Source: a virus
Taxonomy: Duplodnaviria > Caudoviricetes
Length of the DNA stretch: 64,000 nucleotides
Strand: one strand, 5' to 3'
Virus record (IMG/VR): IMGVR_UViG_3300031555_004294
Location: 32,001-96,000 of that record
In this document: one piece after another, positions 1 to 10,172 of the stretch
How the letters are laid out: each line of letters begins with the position of its first letter
Numbering within the stretch: position 1 is the stretch's first letter
The notes under the pieces: model-generated
What the model saw: the letters and a program-made list of their open reading frames with translations, nothing else
Told to the model about the DNA's origin: nothing
Databases searched by the model: none
Made by a program: the position numbers and the translations under genes

Positions 1-943
1 TAAAACAAACTACTGGCAAGCGCAAGCAAAAGATAATAAAAAAGCACTCTTATATCAGAGCAAACTTACTGTAAAACCAAAAGATAAGGTAGAGATTACA
101 TTTGAAGATATAGATGACTATTTTAAGGATAAAGACTATTCAAAAGATAAGTTACCTACTTGTAGTTATGATTATGATCCAGATGGCGAAATATTAGAGA
201 TAAAAATTCCTGATTTACATATTGGTTTACTATCATGGAGAGAAGAAACCAATGTAGATTATGATTTGAAGATAGTAAAACAAAGATTCTTCCAATGCAT
301 TAATGATATACTTGAAAGATGTAAAGGACGTAAATTTAAAAAGATAGTATTCGTAACTTTAGGAGATTTACTCCATGTAGATAATGATAAACAAGAAACT
401 ACAAATGGTACTTTCCAGCAAGTAGATGGAAGAGTAGCTAAGATAACAGAGTGTGCAGAAGATTTATTAATAGATACACTTACAATGCTGGGAGATAAAG
501 CACCAGTTGAATACATATATCTTTGTGGTAATCATGATAGAACAGTCGGTTATATGCTTGCAAGAAGTGTTTCAAATGCTTTTAGAAATGATAAGAATAT
601 TACGTGTGATATATCACCAAATCCAATTAAATATAGAAGATATGGAGTTGGTTTGGTATTATACCACCATGGTGATGCTCCTAAAAAGAATATTGCAGAA
701 TTGCCAATGAAATATGCAAAAGAAGAATTATCATATGCAAAGTTTGTTGAAATAAACTTGGGCCATTATCATGATGAAGAAGTAAAGTCTATTAATGGTT
801 CAAGAGTAAGATATTTTCCAACTATATGTGCATCAAGTTATTGGGAACATCAACAAGGATATAAATCGCCAGTAAATGCAATAGTGTGTGATATAAGAAA
901 TGAAAAAACAGGTCTAAGAGACACATGGTATAGTATGGTCTAA
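1..943 (+). CDS. Calcineurin-like metallophosphoesterase (5'-truncated by window edge)
   Basis: Frame is open from position 2; contains PDLHIG, GDLLH, GNHD, HHGD and GHYH metallophosphoesterase motifs. Confidence 0.85.
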   Translation, partial: KTNYWQAQAKDNKKALLYQSKLTVKPKDKVEITFEDIDDYFKDKDYSKDKLPTCSYDYDPDGEILEIKIPDLHIGLLSWREETNVDYDLKIVKQRFFQCINDILERCKGRKFKKIVFVTLGDLLHVDNDKQETTNGTFQQVDGRVAKITECAEDLLIDTLTMLGDKAPVEYIYLCGNHDRTVGYMLARSVSNAFRNDKNITCDISPNPIKYRRYGVGLVLYHHGDAPKKNIAELPMKYAKEELSYAKFVEINLGHYHDEEVKSINGSRVRYFPTICASSYWEHQQGYKSPVNAIVCDIRNEKTGLRDTWYSMV

Positions 944-1038
944 TAAGATGACAATTAATACGAGTTTCCCTTATATCTTAATTGGTATAAATGGTAAAAA
1001 ATAGAAATCTTTTATAAAGAAAGGTAGAAATACTAAAA

Positions 1039-1479
1039 ATGACACTCAATGAAAATCAAAAAGAAATGTATAAAAATTGTATTTTCTTAAATGAAAGTCT
1101 AACTAAAAAGAAAGAAACTATTCCAGCAACTTACTATACTACTATAGCTCAGTTAAGCTCAGCTTTATCAACTAAGATACTTCAAATAAAAACGATAAAA
1201 TCAGTGAATGCCAATAAAGATGACCACAATTTGATTATTACTTTAAAATATCCTACAGATAAATTTCGTTTTGAAAATGCTAAAGATGAAAAGATATGGA
1301 GTGATAGTATAAAGGATATCGATAAAGTTTTAGGTAGTTTAAAGAAACTAGTAAGAGATAAAACTGAGTTGCATGATACTGTATCAAACTACTATTTAGA
1401 TTTTAGTGAGTTTATTGTAAAGATTTCTTTTTATCATGAAGATGATAATTTTCAGATTAAGTTTAAATATGTTAAGTAA
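1039..1479 (+). CDS. Hypothetical protein with shared N-terminal leader MxLNExQxEMYKxCxFLNE (putative internal head protein)
   Basis: ORF 146 aa; first 19 aa nearly identical to those of ORFs 1520-2110 and 2128-2955. Confidence 0.7.
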   Translation: MTLNENQKEMYKNCIFLNESLTKKKETIPATYYTTIAQLSSALSTKILQIKTIKSVNANKDDHNLIITLKYPTDKFRFENAKDEKIWSDSIKDIDKVLGSLKKLVRDKTELHDTVSNYYLDFSEFIVKISFYHEDDNFQIKFKYVK

Positions 1480-1484
1480 ATTTA

Positions 1485-1514
1485 AAGAGGATTACCAAAG
1501 TAGGTAATCCTCTT
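1485..1514. terminator. Bidirectional hairpin terminator between convergent genes
   Basis: AAGAGGATTACC / GGTAATCCTCTT perfect 12-bp stem. Confidence 0.75.
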
Positions 1515-1519
1515 ATTTA

Positions 1520-2110
1520 TTACTTAGCATTTTTTAATCGTTTGTATTCATTTATAAAATTTCTTACATTAATAGAAATTTTTAAATTTGATTCTTGGAC
1601 TAGTTTTATATATGCAATAGCATCTACATAGTTTTTATGTTCTTTAGTAAAAATTTTATTAAAGAACTTACAATGCTGCATTGAATTTTTATATCCTACA
1701 AATTCCATATAAAATTGAAGTTTGTTTTGATATTCAAAACAAAATCCATTTAAATACTGTATTAAATCTTTATCAGATTTTGGTTTTTCGTCATGTGTAG
1801 TTTCATAATCTTTTATTAAATACTTTTTTAGTTCTGGGTGTTTATTTATATAGTCTAAACTAAAACTATTATTTCCTAGTGTAATTAACTTTACCTCACT
1901 GCATTTAGGTAATTTTTTTATACTAGCATAATCATCCATAGCAATAGGTAAAGCTTTTATAGCCTTTTTATTTAAGACACCCTCAACAATGACGTCTGCA
2001 GCAGTAAGAATAGCTAACACGGCAGTAATTGTTAATCCTGCTCCAACAATTCCTTCATTCAAAAATGTACAATCTTTATACATTTCTATTTGTTTTTCAT
2101 TAAGCTTCAT
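1520..2110 (-). CDS. Hypothetical protein with shared FLNE leader followed by a hydrophobic helix
   Basis: MKLNEKQIEMYKDCTFLNE|GIVGAGLTITAVLAIL; SD AAGGAG upstream. Confidence 0.7.
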   Translation of the reverse strand: MKLNEKQIEMYKDCTFLNEGIVGAGLTITAVLAILTAADVIVEGVLNKKAIKALPIAMDDYASIKKLPKCSEVKLITLGNNSFSLDYINKHPELKKYLIKDYETTHDEKPKSDKDLIQYLNGFCFEYQNKLQFYMEFVGYKNSMQHCKFFNKIFTKEHKNYVDAIAYIKLVQESNLKISINVRNFINEYKRLKNAK

Positions 2111-2127
2111 CTTTTTATTTCACTCCT

Positions 2128-2955
2128 TTACTTTAGGACTTTTAAATAATAGTAACCGTCATCCCAGTCACCATCTGCTTTTATCTGGCATTTATACTTA
2201 GATAACTTTGCATTAACATTTCTTTCAAACTCATCAGAATACTTCCAGAATTCATTTTGAATATCTGTGTCTCTAGGAGTCTTACTAAATTTAAGTAAGT
2301 CATAATCACCTATAGGAAGTTTATCCTTAACACCATCTATAAAGTCATCTCTGTAGTTATCCTTATAAGATTCACTAGCATAATCTAAAATGCCAATTGA
2401 GTTCTTTATTGGATACTTAGCTTTTATTGCTTTTAACTCTTCCTTGAAAGTATTTATTGCAAATACTAGCAGCTTTTTACGCTCATCAGGATTACTCTTA
2501 CTATCTTCAAATGTAATTGGGATATTATATTTCTTGATGAAATTAGCAGCACTATCAACTTCAGTTTCTAATATTTCTGTTTCTGTTCTTAATTGTTTAC
2601 CGTATTTTTTATCACTCTTACTAACAAATGAACCTTGAAATCTTACCTTATATAAGTAAATCTTTAAGTTTTTTAAAGCAGATTCATACTTTCTGTTTAT
2701 GATGATAGGAGTATTATATTCATTAATACTTGATTCATGTTCTTTCCATTCTGCTAATCGTCCTTTAGCACTAAAACCTATTTGAACTCTTAATGTTTTG
2801 CTTTTTGTCTCATGTACACTAGTGTTAGTTCTTAACGTATTACCACTTACTGGATATGTAGTTGCGTAGTAACCTACGGATTGTTTATTAAATAAACTTT
2901 CGTTCAGGAACACACAATTTTTATACATTTCTGTTTGTTTTTCATTTAAAATCAT
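2128..2955 (-). CDS. Hypothetical protein with shared FLNE leader
   Basis: MILNEKQTEMYKNCVFLNE|S; AACA-N6-TA motif upstream at 3004-3015. Confidence 0.7.
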   Translation of the reverse strand: MILNEKQTEMYKNCVFLNESLFNKQSVGYYATTYPVSGNTLRTNTSVHETKSKTLRVQIGFSAKGRLAEWKEHESSINEYNTPIIINRKYESALKNLKIYLYKVRFQGSFVSKSDKKYGKQLRTETEILETEVDSAANFIKKYNIPITFEDSKSNPDERKKLLVFAINTFKEELKAIKAKYPIKNSIGILDYASESYKDNYRDDFIDGVKDKLPIGDYDLLKFSKTPRDTDIQNEFWKYSDEFERNVNAKLSKYKCQIKADGDWDDGYYYLKVLK

Positions 2956-3003
2956 AACTTTTCTTACTCCATCCTTTCCTTATGAATTAGTAAGTTTTCC
3001 TAT

Positions 3004-3015
3004 TAATCTATTGTT
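3004..3015 (-). promoter_or_regulatory. AR9-type late promoter motif AACA-N6-TA
   Basis: Minus strand AACA-ATAGAT-TA about 50 nt upstream of the 2955 start; same motif upstream of several other late genes. Confidence 0.55.
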
Positions 3016-3115
3016 TTTCATGTAAAAATATAATTTATCAAAACATTAAAAATGAATGAAAATTTTATTTATATATCATTACCTTAGTAAAATTTTAATA
3101 AGGAAAGGATAGACT

Positions 3116-3742
3116 ATGAAACCACTAACTAAGCAACAAGTATTTGATTTGCAGCTCAAATGGAACATTAAGGCATCACCAAGTATAATGAAAAAGAAAA
3201 ATTGGTGGAATCATAAAGAGTACTGGGATTGGATTTCTGAAAATTGCGAGTTACCTAATGACTTCATTGACGAATTTAATGAGTATTTGGACTTCTATGA
3301 GCTTTCTAATAACGAATCAATATCAGAAGAAGTTTTTAGAAAATTCAAGGATAAAAAAGATATAGACTGGTTTTCTATAAAAGTTAGATTTCCACCATTT
3401 TCTAACAACTTTATCAATGATATGATAAAAGAGCATTACATAGAACCAACTTTAGATGATTCTCAGTATGACGATCTCGGAGGTAAATATTTCAGTATTA
3501 CTGATGATTTCGTTAAACAATATCATACTAGTGATTTCTATAATAAGTTTTACGATATAAGATTTTGGCGAGATATGCATGAATTTATCACTGAAATGAG
3601 TGTCGATTATTTCGACCAAGATATAATCAATCAATTTAAGAAGCAATATAAGAAACAACTTGACTATATTTCCGACCAAAAGAATCATGATAGATTTTAT
3701 TACACAGATGATGATGCATTCTTGGCTGTTTTTTGTTGGTAA
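3116..3742 (+). CDS. Tryptophan-repeat family protein with LTKxQxFDLxxKW N-terminal motif
   Basis: MKPLTKQQVFDLQLKW; WDWISENCELPNDFIDEF repeat unit. Confidence 0.7.
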   Translation: MKPLTKQQVFDLQLKWNIKASPSIMKKKNWWNHKEYWDWISENCELPNDFIDEFNEYLDFYELSNNESISEEVFRKFKDKKDIDWFSIKVRFPPFSNNFINDMIKEHYIEPTLDDSQYDDLGGKYFSITDDFVKQYHTSDFYNKFYDIRFWRDMHEFITEMSVDYFDQDIINQFKKQYKKQLDYISDQKNHDRFYYTDDDAFLAVFCW

Positions 3743-3771
3743 TAAATTATTAACTTTGGAGGTTTAATCAT

Positions 3772-4047
3772 ATGTCCAGAAAAAACAATCTTAATGTACC
3801 TGATGATTATCTTGAACAGGTCTGGTGGGCAGAAGGCTTTAAAGAATATCATGAAGTAAATCATGGTTACTTACTTGCTCAGTATTCACTTGGTAATAAG
3901 CAAAAGTATATTGTTTCATTAGGAGATATAACTTCTACAGTTGTAAGACATGTAGACAAGTATTATTACACTGAGAAAGAAGCATATGCATCTATAATTG
4001 AGTTACCATCTGCAAATAGAATGGGAGAATATAGTAGATACAGCTAA
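3772..4047 (+). CDS. Hypothetical protein
   Basis: 91-aa ORF with SD GGAGG. Confidence 0.6.
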   Translation: MSRKNNLNVPDDYLEQVWWAEGFKEYHEVNHGYLLAQYSLGNKQKYIVSLGDITSTVVRHVDKYYYTEKEAYASIIELPSANRMGEYSRYS

Positions 4048-4048
4048 C

Positions 4049-4489
4049 ATGAAACCACTAGAACTAACTAAAAAACAACTATTTGATTTACAGTTCAAGT
4101 ATCCTGAAATAGATGAAATTGGAAGGAATAATATTGATCTTGGTAGATACGGTGGCTATTATAAGAATTTTCTAAGTTGGTACGAAAATGAAGAAACTTG
4201 GAATTTTCTTATTACAAATCATAAAGATAAACTAACTGAAGAATTCCTTAGTGAGTTTATAGAGCAAGTAACATGGGTGAATGTTTATTGCATTTGTGAA
4301 CACTATGAACTTTCTGAAGAATTTATGAAAAAGTATAAAGATTATCTATACTGGCCGTATATTCTTATGTTCCAGAAACTTTCTTTATCATTTTTAGATG
4401 AAATGTCAGAATACTTGAACTATTTAAACAAAGAACGGTTTTTACCACCAAGTCTATTAGATGATACAAGAAAAGCATTAACACAATAA
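4049..4489 (+). CDS. Tryptophan-repeat family protein (LTKKQLFDLQFKY leader)
   Basis: Likely start ATG 4049 (MKPLELTKKQLFDLQFKY); LSEEFMKKYKDYLYW repeat. Confidence 0.7.
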   Translation: MKPLELTKKQLFDLQFKYPEIDEIGRNNIDLGRYGGYYKNFLSWYENEETWNFLITNHKDKLTEEFLSEFIEQVTWVNVYCICEHYELSEEFMKKYKDYLYWPYILMFQKLSLSFLDEMSEYLNYLNKERFLPPSLLDDTRKALTQ

Positions 4490-4496
4490 AACGTTT

Positions 4497-4537
4497 AGAA
4501 GATTACCTATTTCATTAGGTAATCTTCTTTCTTTTTT
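4497..4537 (+). terminator. Rho-independent terminator
   Basis: AGAAGATTACCTA / TAGGTAATCTTCT stem followed by T-rich tract. Confidence 0.75.
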
Positions 4538-4561
4538 AATGACTCGTTAAAGGAAATTATT

Positions 4562-4903
4562 ATGAGTATTTTACCAAAACCACTAACGAAAAAACAGATA
4601 TTTGATTTAAAGTTTAAATGGAACTTAGATACTGGTCTATTAGACGAAGGCGATGTTTTACTATTCTTTAGAGTTTTAGCATATACTACTGAATTATCTG
4701 AAGACTTTATGAGAGAGTTTAAAGATAATTTAGATTGGAAAAGTGTTTGTATGTGGCAAAAATTATCATCAGAAGAATTTATCTATGAGTTGAGAGAATA
4801 TATAGATTGGAGATGTTTGATTGAATATCAAAGAGATAATATTTCTTTAGATTTTTACCAAAAAATGAAACATGAAGGTTATATAAAACCATGGTATCAC
4901 TAA
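4562..4903 (+). CDS. Tryptophan-repeat family protein
   Basis: LTKKQIFDLKFKW leader; LSEDFMREFKDNLDW repeat. Confidence 0.7.
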   Translation: MSILPKPLTKKQIFDLKFKWNLDTGLLDEGDVLLFFRVLAYTTELSEDFMREFKDNLDWKSVCMWQKLSSEEFIYELREYIDWRCLIEYQRDNISLDFYQKMKHEGYIKPWYH

Positions 4904-5229
4904 CTAAGAAACAGATATTCGATTTAAAGTTTAAATGGGGTGTAGAGAAGGGAAATTTTGAAAGTCCACTTTTTCAAAAATTATTCTTTATAGATGTTGC
5001 ATACAAAGCTATTTTATCTGAGGAATTTATAAGAGATTTCAAAGATCAGTTAGATTGGGATGGTATTTCTAGATACCAACAGTTATCAGAAGACTTCATT
5101 GAAGAAATGAAAAATTATGTAAACTGGCAGATAATAATTAACAGTCAAAAATTATCTACTGCGCTCTATGAGAAAATGAAGAAAGAAGGATATATAAATG
5201 AAAACATTAACAAAGCATCAAATATTTAA
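4891..5229 (+). CDS. Tryptophan-repeat family protein
   Basis: LTKKQIFDLKFKW leader; LSEEFIRDFKDQLDW / LSEDFIEEMKNYVNW repeats. Confidence 0.7.
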   Translation: MVSLTKKQIFDLKFKWGVEKGNFESPLFQKLFFIDVAYKAILSEEFIRDFKDQLDWDGISRYQQLSEDFIEEMKNYVNWQIIINSQKLSTALYEKMKKEGYINENINKASNI

Positions 5230-5485
5230 CCTAAAATTTAAATGGCAAATACAACCCAACCCAGATGTTCCAAATGCATATCAAGATCCTTATTATAACG
5301 ATGATGAATTTTGGTATGATGTATTTGATAGTTTTGATCTTTTTATAGGTGATGAACTATCATTAGATGAGCTTGATAGACTTAATTCTGAGTTTGTAAT
5401 GGATTATTGGCCACAGATAGAATGGTTTTTAGAAGATGGTGGCTATTGGTCTAAGGAGTATCCTGAATGTATCTTAGATGAATAA
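5198..5485 (+). CDS. Small acidic protein with LTKHQIFNLKFKW leader
   Basis: Shares the leader motif with its neighbours. Confidence 0.65.
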   Translation: MKTLTKHQIFNLKFKWQIQPNPDVPNAYQDPYYNDDEFWYDVFDSFDLFIGDELSLDELDRLNSEFVMDYWPQIEWFLEDGGYWSKEYPECILDE

Positions 5486-5512
5486 TCATATTCCGTATTT
5501 ATCCTCGTTTTA

Positions 5513-5528
5513 ACTATATATCCTAAAT
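5513..5528 (+). promoter_or_regulatory. Putative early promoter motif A(A/C)TATATATYCTAA
   Basis: ACTATATATCCTAAAT 40 nt upstream of pncA; recurs at 13308, 23285, 26177, 35955. Confidence 0.55.
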
Positions 5529-5568
5529 TTGATTCAAAAATCAATATTTTTTACAAGGAGAAACAAAA

Positions 5569-6114
5569 ATGAAAAAAGTTTTAATCGTTGTCGATATGCA
5601 AAATGATTTTATCGACGGTGCTCTTGGAACTAAGGAAGCACAAGCAATTGTACCAAAGGTCATTGAAAAGATCAAAAATTTTGATGGTCAGGATATAATT
5701 GTAACCAAGGATACCCATAACAGAAGAGATTATTCTGTAACTCAGGAAGGAAGATTACTACCTGTAGAGCATTGTATTGATGGAACTACTGGATGGGAAC
5801 TTAATAGAGAGGTTGATGATCTTCTTTTCCGTTTAAACAATGTTGACTATGTTAAAAAGGCAACTTTTGGCAGTACTTATATAGCTGAAACTTTAAAAGA
5901 ATATGGTGAACAGTATGAGAGAATTGGTGAAATTACACTCATTGGTCTTTGTACTGACATCTGTGTGGTTTCTAATGCGATGCTTCTTAAAGCTTTCCTT
6001 CCTGAGACTAAAATCATTGTTGATGCTTCTTGCTGTGCTGGCGTAACCCCTGAAACTCATAAAGCAGCATTGACCACTATGAAAATGTGTCAAATCGAAG
6101 TGATCGGAGAATAA
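5569..6114 (+). CDS. pncA: Nicotinamidase / isochorismatase-family cysteine hydrolase
   Basis: VVDMQNDF, DTH, HCIDGTTGW, KATFG, GLCTDICV motifs; clustered with pncB. Confidence 0.88.
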   Translation: MKKVLIVVDMQNDFIDGALGTKEAQAIVPKVIEKIKNFDGQDIIVTKDTHNRRDYSVTQEGRLLPVEHCIDGTTGWELNREVDDLLFRLNNVDYVKKATFGSTYIAETLKEYGEQYERIGEITLIGLCTDICVVSNAMLLKAFLPETKIIVDASCCAGVTPETHKAALTTMKMCQIEVIGE

Positions 6115-6117
6115 TAT

Positions 6118-6666
6118 ATGAACATCATCAAAAAGTTTTTTGGTCATTTAATGACTGTTCATAAACATCGTAAAACAGTCCGTAGACTTTGTTTCCGTTG
6201 TGGATTATATTGGCAAGGAATTACACATGACTTGTCAAAATACTCTCCCACTGAGTTTATTAATGGAGTTAGATTCTTTACTGGGAAAGGATCACCCCAT
6301 CTTGGTGAAAGAGCTAAGTATGGTTATTCAAAAGCATGGCTTCATCATAAAAGTCATAACAAGCATCATGCAGAATATTGGCAAGATATTCTACCAGATG
6401 GAAAGTCTGGACCTATTAGAATGCCAGTAAAATATTTTGCAGAAATGATGTGTGATAGAGTAGCGGCATCTAAAATCTATTTGAAAGATGAGTATACTTG
6501 CGAGTCTCCTTTGAGGTATTATAGAACTCATAGAGATGAAAACCAGTTTAATCTTTCAGATAGAGAAAAATTAGAAGACCTTTTATTAGTGATGGCTTTA
6601 TCTGGAGAAGATATTATGTTTGACCGTTTGAAAAAGATGTGTAAAACCAATCAGAAAGGGAAATAA
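6118..6666 (+). CDS. HD-like DUF5662-type protein
   Basis: HDLSKYSPTEF, AWLHHKSHNKHHAEYW, EMMCDR motifs. Confidence 0.7.
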   Translation: MNIIKKFFGHLMTVHKHRKTVRRLCFRCGLYWQGITHDLSKYSPTEFINGVRFFTGKGSPHLGERAKYGYSKAWLHHKSHNKHHAEYWQDILPDGKSGPIRMPVKYFAEMMCDRVAASKIYLKDEYTCESPLRYYRTHRDENQFNLSDREKLEDLLLVMALSGEDIMFDRLKKMCKTNQKGK

Positions 6667-6668
6667 TT

Positions 6669-7886
6669 ATGATGACTCTAAGTCCTATTATTGTATCGCT
6701 TCTTGATACTGATCTGTACAAGTTCAACATGAATCAGGTCATGTTCCATAAACACACTAACTTGAATGGTAAATATCTATTCAAGTGTAGAAATGAGAAT
6801 ATTGACTTTACTCCTGAAATGGTTAAGGAAATTAACGAACAAATTGACTATTTATGTTCTCTTACTTTTTCAGATGAAGAACTTGATTATCTTGGCTCTT
6901 TAAGATTTATTAAGAGTGACTATGTAGAGTTCCTTAGACTTTGGAGACCTCTCCGTAGATATGTAAATTGTTGGAGGTCTCCTAAGAAACTTGAAAATGG
7001 AAATATTATAGGAGACTTGAATATTACAATTGAAGGTCCACTCTTCTCAGTCATGCAATTTGAAATCTATCTTCTTGAAATTGTTAATGAAACCTATTTC
7101 AGAATGAAGTATGATTATATGCGTCTTATGGATTCTGCAAAAGAAAAACTTGATCATAAGATCGAAGGATTCAAAACAGAAGAATATAATTTCAAGTTTG
7201 CAGAATTTGGTTGTCGTAGAAGACTTTCCAGAGAATGGCAAGATTATGTAGTAGGTGAACTACTTAAAACTGGTAAGTGTGTTGGTACATCAAATGTTTA
7301 TCTTGCTATGAAATATGGTTGTAAGCCTATTGGAACTTATGCTCATGAGTATGTACAGATGTATCAAGGCATTCCTGGTGTTACTCTTGCATATACAAAT
7401 AAAATGGCAATGGAAGAATGGTTTGATGAATATCAAGGTGATAATGGAACTGCATTAACTGATACACTGGGAACTGATTTGTTCCTCATGGATTTCAACA
7501 AGCTTCAAGCTACCTGTTATACTGGGGTAAGACATGATAGTGGCGATCCTATTGAATGGGGTGAAAAGATTATCGCTCATTATATCAAGCTTGGCATTGA
7601 TCCCAAAACAAAGACTTTATTGTTTAGTGATAGTCTTAACTTTGTTAAAGCACAAGACATATATAACCATTTCAGAGGACGTATCAATGTAAGTTTTGGT
7701 ATTGGAACTTATCTCTCCAATGATACAGATGTTGATCCATTAAACATTGTTATCAAACTTCAGTATGTTAATGGACATCCTGTAGCAAAGATCAGTGATA
7801 CACCTGGAAAGGCAATGTGTCAAGATAATAGTTATCTTGCATATTTGAAAAACGCAGTCGATTATAGACTAAAGGAAAAAATTTAA
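6669..7886 (+). CDS. pncB: Nicotinate phosphoribosyltransferase
   Basis: SLLDTDLYKFNM, EFGCRRR, GTSNV, GTYAHE, RHDSGDP, FSDSL, FGIGT, KISDTPGK motifs. Confidence 0.93.
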   Translation: MMTLSPIIVSLLDTDLYKFNMNQVMFHKHTNLNGKYLFKCRNENIDFTPEMVKEINEQIDYLCSLTFSDEELDYLGSLRFIKSDYVEFLRLWRPLRRYVNCWRSPKKLENGNIIGDLNITIEGPLFSVMQFEIYLLEIVNETYFRMKYDYMRLMDSAKEKLDHKIEGFKTEEYNFKFAEFGCRRRLSREWQDYVVGELLKTGKCVGTSNVYLAMKYGCKPIGTYAHEYVQMYQGIPGVTLAYTNKMAMEEWFDEYQGDNGTALTDTLGTDLFLMDFNKLQATCYTGVRHDSGDPIEWGEKIIAHYIKLGIDPKTKTLLFSDSLNFVKAQDIYNHFRGRINVSFGIGTYLSNDTDVDPLNIVIKLQYVNGHPVAKISDTPGKAMCQDNSYLAYLKNAVDYRLKEKI

Positions 7887-7912
7887 AATTTTTATAAAAG
7901 GAGAAACACAAA

Positions 7913-9961
7913 ATGGAATTTAAAAACTTCCTAATCAAATTTCAGGAAAACTTCAAAAATCTTACAAAAGATGAAACTCATCTTTATGAAGTTGAAGTAG
8001 ATAAGGATGTACTCTGGAATCTTTATCTCGACAGTTTCCCTGAAGGAACCAACCCCATTTACAGAGAAAGAAGAGAGTTTGATTGTAGCTGTTGCAGACA
8101 TTTCATCAAGCAGTTTGGTAATGTTGTCGTCATTAAGGACAACATGATCAAGACTATTTGGGAGTTTGATGCATGTAGTACAACCTTCCAGCCTGTTGTA
8201 AACGCTCTTGATGCATTTATCAAGGCTAATGTCATCACAAATGTTTACATCAGCAAGTTTAATAAAATCGGTACTGCATCCAACTTTGAAGATCTTGGAA
8301 ATGGAGAAGTAAAGAAATGGGAACACTTCTTTATTGATCTTCCATCTAAGTTTGTTGACAGATCTAATCGTTCCATTGGTGATCTTCAGGGTGATTTTAG
8401 AGACACTAAGAATGTTTTTAAACGTTCTCTTGACGAAATTACCAAGGAAAGTATCGATACTGTACTTGAACTTATTTCTTCCAACACGCTTTATAGGGGT
8501 GATGAATGGAAGCATGCTCTTACTGATCTCTTAAAGTACAAGAAGCAGTATGAAAAGCTTACTACAGAAGAAGAAAAAAATAACTATGCTTGGGTTATGT
8601 CTTCTAAAGTAGGTGCAGTTATTGGACGTATCCGTAATCATAGTATTGGTACACTTCTTTTAAACATCAGTGAAGATATGGATCTTGATCTTGCTGTTCG
8701 TAAGTATGAACAGATCGTAGCTCCTAGTACTTACAAGAGACCTAAGGCTATCTTCACTCAGAAGATGCTTGAAGATGCAAAGAAGACCATTGAAGAACTC
8801 GGTTACATGGATTCTTTGTCCAGAAGATATGCTACACTTGATGATATTACGGTCAACAATATCCTCTTCTCTAATAAGGATTCTGCTAAGAGAATTCAGG
8901 GAGGACTTGATATCTTTGATCAGATGTCCAAGGAGGTAGCTGTAAACCCTAAGAAGTTCTCTAAGGTTGAGGAAATTACAATTGACAATTTCATCAGCAA
9001 TGTTCTTCCTACAGCAAGAGAACTTGAAGTTCTGTTTGAGAATAAGCATGCTTCTAGCATGGTATCTTTGATTGCACCCAAGGATACGAATAGTAAGACC
9101 ATGTTCAAGTGGAACAATGGATTTAGCTGGGCATATTCTGGTAATATGACTGACAGCACTATGAAGGAAAATGTCAAGGCTGCTGGTGGTGATGTCACTG
9201 GTGATCTCAGATTCTCCATTCAGTGGAACGATACATCCTACAATCCTAATGACTTTGATGCTCATTGCATTGAACCCAGCGGTCTTGAAATCTATTATGG
9301 TAATAAGAGCTATCGTCATCCTTCCTCTGGTATGCTTGACGTAGATATTATCAACCCCATTCAAAATAAAGCTGCTGTAGAAAATATTACTTATGCAAGT
9401 AGAAATAAGATGCCGAAGGGTACTTATCAGTTCTTTGTACACTGCTATAATAACAAGGGTGGTAGAGATGGATTTAGTGCAGAGATTGAATTCGATGGAC
9501 AAATCTATTCTTTCGCTTACAATAAAGAACTTAGAACTGGAGAGAAAGTTTATGTAGCTGATGTTACATGGGACGGTCAGAGCTTTACTATCAAGGAAAA
9601 GCTTCCTTCAAGTACTTCCTCTAAAGAAGTATGGGGACTTAATACCAACCAGTTTATTCCTGTTTCTGTTATGTGTTACTCGCCTAATTACTGGGATGAA
9701 CAGAATGGCATTGGTCATAGACACTATTTCTTCATGCTGAAGGATTGTATTAACCCTGAATCTCCTAATGGATTCTATAATGAATTCCTCAAGCAAGAAC
9801 TTGAAAAGCATAAGAGAGTATTTGAAGCTCTCGGTGGTAAGATGAATGTTGAAGACACCAATGATCAGCTCTCTGGCATTGGATTCTCTTCTACTAAGAG
9901 AAATGAAGTAATCGTAAAGGTTAAGGGAACCACTGAAAGAGTTCTCAAGGTGAAATTCTGA
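7913..9961 (+). CDS. Large conserved phage protein with N-terminal CxCC site and C-terminal YfaP/DUF2135-like domain
   Basis: [10 protein letters not shown]; [11 protein letters not shown]...GMLDVDI...AVENI motif. Confidence 0.6.
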   Translation: MEFKNFLIKFQENFKNLTKDETHLYEVEVDKDVLWNLYLDSFPEGTNPIYRERREFDCSCCRHFIKQFGNVVVIKDNMIKTIWEFDACSTTFQPVVNALDAFIKANVITNVYISKFNKIGTASNFEDLGNGEVKKWEHFFIDLPSKFVDRSNRSIGDLQGDFRDTKNVFKRSLDEITKESIDTVLELISSNTLYRGDEWKHALTDLLKYKKQYEKLTTEEEKNNYAWVMSSKVGAVIGRIRNHSIGTLLLNISEDMDLDLAVRKYEQIVAPSTYKRPKAIFTQKMLEDAKKTIEELGYMDSLSRRYATLDDITVNNILFSNKDSAKRIQGGLDIFDQMSKEVAVNPKKFSKVEEITIDNFISNVLPTARELEVLFENKHASSMVSLIAPKDTNSKTMFKWNNGFSWAYSGNMTDSTMKENVKAAGGDVTGDLRFSIQWNDTSYNPNDFDAHCIEPSGLEIYYGNKSYRHPSSGMLDVDIINPIQNKAAVENITYASRNKMPKGTYQFFVHCYNNKGGRDGFSAEIEFDGQIYSFAYNKELRTGEKVYVADVTWDGQSFTIKEKLPSSTSSKEVWGLNTNQFIPVSVMCYSPNYWDEQNGIGHRHYFFMLKDCINPESPNGFYNEFLKQELEKHKRVFEALGGKMNVEDTNDQLSGIGFSSTKRNEVIVKVKGTTERVLKVKF

Positions 9962-9962
9962 T

Positions 9963-10139
9963 ATGGATGAGAATAATAAACTTGATCAGGTCATTGAATT
10001 CTTAAATGAACACATAGCAGAAGTAACTGAGTATGCTAATTCTAAAGAGTATAGTGGCCTAGACCAACATGACTGCCGAATTGCAGCTGAAGCATACGAA
10101 CTTGTCTTGAATTTCGTTCAAGACTTAAAAACCAAGTAA
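9963..10139 (+). CDS. Small hypothetical protein (58 aa, not in ORF track)
   Basis: ATG at 9963 immediately after the previous stop, open to TAA 10139; fills the operon gap. Confidence 0.55.
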   Translation: MDENNKLDQVIEFLNEHIAEVTEYANSKEYSGLDQHDCRIAAEAYELVLNFVQDLKTK

Positions 10140-10172
10140 AACAAAATAAAATTATACAAAGGAGAAAATATC

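Noticed and set aside
7931-9811. Long antisense ORFs (e.g. 8660-9502, 7931-8515) and similar ones at 45268-45846, 53358-53918 and 59104-59706
   Set aside because: They are shadow frames of strongly codon-biased genes on the other strand, with no SD and low-complexity translations.
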